DNA of 64,000 nt, taken from assembly GCF_018977255.1 (NCBI RefSeq), contig NW_024704742.1:82772001-82836000 (forward strand). Direction: 5' to 3'. This DNA comes from Callorhinchus milii (Eukaryota). Below the pieces are notes generated by a model. It worked only from the letters and a program-made list of their open reading frames with translations. It had not been told where the DNA came from and searched no databases. The stretch's first letter is position 1. Each line of letters begins with the position of its first letter. The position numbers and the translations under genes are program-made. Of the stretch, positions 63,891-64,000 are shown piece after piece.

Positions 63891-64000
63891 TACTGTGTGC
63901 AGTTTTGGTCTCCTTATTTAAGGAAGAATGTACTTGCCTTGGAGGGGGTGCAGCATAGATTTACTAGGTTAGTACTAGAGATGAAGGGAATGACTTACGA
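63891..64000 (+). mobile_element. CR1 ORF2 fragment running off the window edge
   Basis: YCVQFWSPYLRKNVLALEGVQHRFTRLVLEMKGMTY, matching the CR1 at 1488-2927. Confidence 0.9.

Overview
Repeat-rich vertebrate genomic DNA, most likely from a cartilaginous fish (inferred from abundant Deu-domain tRNA-SINEs plus CR1 and L2 LINEs). I find no intact protein-coding gene. The only recognisable host-protein sequence is a disabled, apparently intronless C-terminal HSP90AA1-like retrocopy (about 42.13-43.68 kb), split by a young antisense L2 LINE. The rest is layered retroelements: 5'-truncated CR1 and L2 copies, an old Deu-domain SINE, a young tRNA-Ala-headed SINE in long and short forms that shares its 3' stem-loop with the local L2, a second ancient SINE family, a palindromic MITE-like family and an unclassified dispersed repeat. 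At 47.9-53 kb, mini- and microsatellites surround a CpG-rich, promoter-like segment with a perfect CRE site and a candidate + strand 5' exon of an unidentified gene. I cannot support a new multi-gene system. The best leads are the modular SINE and its L2 partner, the HSP90 retrocopy, two long hairpins and a possible decayed hammerhead remnant. Boundaries of diverged repeats are approximate, and family names come from recalled consensus sequences, not searches.
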